Shown one piece after another: positions 47,489 to 50,160 of a DNA stretch of 50,160 nt (position 1 is its first letter; each line of letters starts with the position of its first letter). Source of the stretch: an uncultured Bacilli bacterium (GTDB lineage Bacteria > Bacillota_I > Bacilli_A > RF39 > UBA660); assembly GCA_947623645.1 (NCBI GenBank), contig CANQHK010000001.1, forward strand, positions 1-50,160, read 5' to 3'. The position numbers were made by a program, and so were the translations under genes. The notes under the pieces are model-generated. The model did not search any database. It saw only the letters and a list, made by a program, of their open reading frames with translations, and was not told the DNA's origin.

Positions 47489-47522
47489 AAAAAATTAACT
47501 GATTTGACTCAGTTAATTTTTT
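47489..47522. terminator. bidirectional hairpin terminator
   Basis: AAAAAATTAACTGA-TTTGAC-TCAGTTAATTTTTT. Confidence 0.55.
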
Positions 47523-47581
47523 AATTAAACAGAAAAATATATCAAAGATAATCTATTCATGCAAAATATAAAAGCTTGTCC

Positions 47582-47743
47582 TTATAAATTAATAATGACG
47601 ATTTTTTCCCTTATATAATGCCATTTTGCTTTTAGGGATAGATTCAAATCATTTTCGACTTTTTTAGGAGTCAATGATTTTTCTTTTAAAAGTATAATAT
47701 ATTCCAAACCAATATTTTCTAATCTGTTCATATATTTCATCAT
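47582..47743 (-). CDS. possible small protein (53 aa)
   Basis: ATGATGAAATAT... follows AATGGAAGG and reads MMKYMNRLENIGLEYIILLKEKSLTPKKVENDLNLSLKAKWHYIREKIVIINL. The hairpin terminator lies ~60 nt downstream. It is below the ORF-track size cut-off. Confidence 0.3.
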   Translation of the reverse strand: MMKYMNRLENIGLEYIILLKEKSLTPKKVENDLNLSLKAKWHYIREKIVIINL

Positions 47744-47979
47744 CCTTCCATTTTATTCAATTTTTTAACGATCCAATAATCATTTATATGGAAGATGCCA
47801 GCTGCCACATAAATTAATTAAAAGTTCATAACAGATACTTATTCTTAGAAGTTAATTTCTTCTAAGATTTATTACTACACTTTACTTCCAAATTGCAAAA
47901 TTTAGAGTATCTTTGATATTAGTTAAGCAGTTTTTTCTAATTGAATTTACCACATATTTCATTTTCTAGAAAACAAATT

Positions 47980-48711
47980 TTACCAACTAAGTCCTGATAA
48001 AGTTGCATCAGAAGTAGATATTTCATCATAAGAATTATATAAACTGTTATCTAAAACTATACCAGCTGGACTAACAGTATAATTTTTAGACTGTTCAAAT
48101 GTAACATTACTACTTACATTGTGAGAATAGTCACCATAAGCATATAACGTATTAATTGTGGCATCAACATTCTTGTACACATAGAAATACAAAGTTTGGC
48201 TTAAAGATTTCAAACTACCAGATGGTAATTTAAAGTTAGCTCCTACTCCAGATGAAAAAGTTTTTGGCGTATAAGTTGTTGATGTTTTACATTCACCACT
48301 ACTATAACAGTATTCTTGTTTAAAATAGATTGATGTACCTGCACGTACACTAGGAATAAAACCTATTCCAATAATATCAAAATTTCTTACTTTCGGAAAG
48401 TTTTTCCAAGTTAACTTTACTTGAAATTTATAACTTTCACCATTTTTAATAATTGTTGTAGACAATCTTTTATAGGCTGTTTCTACAGAACCTGATACAC
48501 AAGGAGAAATTGACTCATTAAAATTGTCGTATTCTTCTTTGCTTACTTCTACTGTATACTCTTTTGATAAATTTGAAGAAGTTATTGTTTTAAAGTATTT
48601 ATCTGATTGTGCAACTACTTCTTCTTGTTCTTCTTTTACTGTTTCTGCAGATACAAACATAGGACTTAAGAACATACTACATAGTAAAATCATTGATATA
48701 ATCTTTTTCAC
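47980..48711 (-). CDS. hypothetical secreted protein
   Basis: Signal peptide MKKIISMILLCSMFLSPMFVSAETV. The mature part is beta-rich and Ser/Thr/Tyr-rich. GTG start after AAAGGAGGG. Confidence 0.55.
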   Translation of the reverse strand: MKKIISMILLCSMFLSPMFVSAETVKEEQEEVVAQSDKYFKTITSSNLSKEYTVEVSKEEYDNFNESISPCVSGSVETAYKRLSTTIIKNGESYKFQVKLTWKNFPKVRNFDIIGIGFIPSVRAGTSIYFKQEYCYSSGECKTSTTYTPKTFSSGVGANFKLPSGSLKSLSQTLYFYVYKNVDATINTLYAYGDYSHNVSSNVTFEQSKNYTVSPAGIVLDNSLYNSYDEISTSDATLSGLSW

Positions 48712-48889
48712 TTTCTATCCCTCCTTTCTTTATAATTTTGCAGCAACAATTTATAAATTTTCGTTGCTACATCTATTTTTTAACATACTTTAAAAACATA
48801 AAGAACAACCTAGAGGGCGATACTATGTAGCCTATAAGGCGAGATTATATTTTTTCCAAAAAAAAAGGAAACTAAAAGTCCTTAAAATT

Positions 48890-49759
48890 TTAATAAAACA
48901 ATTTATTATTTGAGTAGGTTTCAACTACATTTAATTTTATATTTAAATCTTTTTCTTCATTTTTTTCGTTTTTATATCTTATTACTAAGAATAATTCTGG
49001 AATATCTTTTTCATTTATTATATATTCATTATCTTTTTTTATTTCGTCGATTGTGATTGTCAAATCGGTTAATGCTTTATCTAATGAAATTGGCTCTTTC
49101 CAATTATGTATATTATCATCATTTCTATATACTATTGTATCTCCACACTTTAAATAAATATCTATCATCTTTACTAAAATTTTTTTATTTGTACCCACGT
49201 ATTTGTTAATATAAGTTATATCATTAAAAATCATTAAATTTCTTTCTTGATTTAACATAACATAACCTGTTAACATAAATTCTTCATTACCACTACTTAC
49301 CTTATAAACTTTAAATTTATTATAATTATTAATCATAAATAAACTTGTAAAAGCAATTACAATTATAGTTATAATCACAAGAGTAATTTTGATATACTTC
49401 TTTTTAGCTTTTTTATTATAAAGTTTGATTCCTTCAACAGCACGAGCATTAATACTTTCTACTGATTTCTCTTCTTTATCAGAAACATCTTTATTCTCCG
49501 TTGTAGATGTAGAAGATTCGCTTTGTCCTTGAGTATCCTCATTTTTAATTTTTCTTTCTCCTGCTAATAGTTCTGTTACATCAACTTCTAGTATCTCACT
49601 TAATTTGCTGAGCAAAGATATATCTGGTAAATTAATACCACGTTCCCATTTTGAAACAGATTTACCACCAATTCCTAACATTTCTCCTAATTTTTCTTGA
49701 GTTAAATTTTTATTATTTCTTAACTCAGCAATAAATTTACCAATTTTAGCTTGATTCAT
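48890..49759 (-). CDS. membrane-anchored XRE-family HTH regulator
   Basis: IGKFIAELRNNKNLTQEKLGEMLGIGGKSVSKWERGINLPD, a central TM helix, and a ~140-aa extracytoplasmic domain. The start is probably MNQAKIGKF. Confidence 0.75.
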   Translation of the reverse strand: MNQAKIGKFIAELRNNKNLTQEKLGEMLGIGGKSVSKWERGINLPDISLLSKLSEILEVDVTELLAGERKIKNEDTQGQSESSTSTTENKDVSDKEEKSVESINARAVEGIKLYNKKAKKKYIKITLVIITIIVIAFTSLFMINNYNKFKVYKVSSGNEEFMLTGYVMLNQERNLMIFNDITYINKYVGTNKKILVKMIDIYLKCGDTIVYRNDDNIHNWKEPISLDKALTDLTITIDEIKKDNEYIINEKDIPELFLVIRYKNEKNEEKDLNIKLNVVETYSNNKLFY

Positions 49760-49857
49760 AAAAATTACCACTCTCCTTACAAAATTTAAATACATTATAC
49801 CATTTTTTGGAAAAAATTTTCTTTTTTTCTACAAGTAATGATAAATGAAATTTTTAT

Positions 49858-49887
49858 TTAAAAGAAAAAAAGACTCGTGAAAGTCTT
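49858..49887 (-). terminator. terminator after spoVAE
   Basis: Minus strand: AAAGACT-TTCACG-AGTCTTT followed by TTTTCTTTT. Confidence 0.55.
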
Positions 49888-49895
49888 TTATCAAA

Positions 49896-50160
49896 TTAAT
49901 TTTTCGGTTGAAAAATCAGAGTAAATATAAATGTAAATACGATTGCTGCTGTAATACCTCCAGCTGTTAAATCAAACATTCCAAAAAGTAAACCAACGAT
50001 TCCCATGTCACTTGCTTTTTCTAAAGCACCATGGATTAAAGAATGTCCAAAGCTAGTAATCGGAACCAATGCCCCTGCTCCCACGTGAGCAATAATTTGA
50101 TCATATATACTAAATGTATCTAAGAACGCTCCAACAACTACAAAAATACTTGTAATATGC
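49896..50160 (-). CDS. spoVAE: stage V sporulation protein AE (C-terminal part; gene runs off the window)
   Basis: The frame is open to the window edge: ...FVVVGAFLDTFSIYDQIIAHVGAGALVPITSFGHSLIHGA...IFQPKN. Collinear with B. subtilis SpoVAEB. Confidence 0.75.
   Translation of the reverse strand, partial: HITSIFVVVGAFLDTFSIYDQIIAHVGAGALVPITSFGHSLIHGALEKASDMGIVGLLFGMFDLTAGGITAAIVFTFIFTLIFQPKN

Noticed and set aside
48800-48850. G+C-rich patch upstream of the secreted-protein gene that superficially recalled a preQ1-type riboswitch (CCCTCTAGG)
   Set aside because: It lacks the A-rich tail and the P1/loop arrangement of preQ1-I. The associated gene is also not a queuosine or transport gene.
1-50160. 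CRISPR arrays, IS elements, prophage genes, rRNA operons, tmRNA, SRP RNA, 6S RNA, T-box or other riboswitch leaders
   Set aside because: I scanned intergenic regions on both strands by eye. No repeat-spacer arrays, transposase or integrase ORFs, or diagnostic conserved RNA motifs were seen beyond those reported. A covariance-model scan would be needed to exclude small riboswitches.

Overview
AT-rich (by eye roughly 30% G+C) chromosomal segment from an endospore-forming low-GC Firmicute (Bacillota). The spore-former call rests on cotE, sigG, ylmC/ymxH, spoVS and spoVAE. I cannot assign a genus from sequence alone. Almost every gene is on the minus strand; only 5 credible plus-strand CDS are present. 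Most of the window is housekeeping. It carries recG, PFOR/nifJ, gatCAB, an LTA synthase, uppS-cdsA-rseP, rpsP plus a KH protein, trmL, a U32 peptidase, rodZ-like plus pgsA, gpsB, scpAB, and assorted envelope and hypothetical membrane proteins. RNA genes recognised by hand are tRNA-His(GUG), tRNA-Arg(CCG), RNase P RNA (type B) and a ~580-nt structured RNA. That RNA lies directly upstream of a four-TM DxxxD protein, and I interpret the pair as OLE RNA/oapA. The most interesting accessory feature is a two-gene cassette at 697-2247. It encodes a short HipA/HipT-like Ser/Thr kinase followed by a HipS-like domain fused to a HIRAN DNA-end-binding domain. This toxin-antitoxin/defence architecture has been predicted bioinformatically but, to my knowledge, never characterised. 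Further observations: an orphan promoter-to-terminator small-RNA locus between recG and nifJ with C-rich single-stranded motifs, next to an attenuator-like alternative fold. A G5-containing 10-mer occurs three times in 4.3 kb. A GT28/MGDG-synthase gene is split by a 1-nt change in a homopolymer. A diguanylate-cyclase-like protein carries a degenerate DGNEF site. A lone DUF1016/YhcG nuclease gene sits beside tRNA-His. No CRISPR array, transposase, integrase or rRNA was seen. All calls come from reading the sequence and the ORF track by eye; no searches were run.
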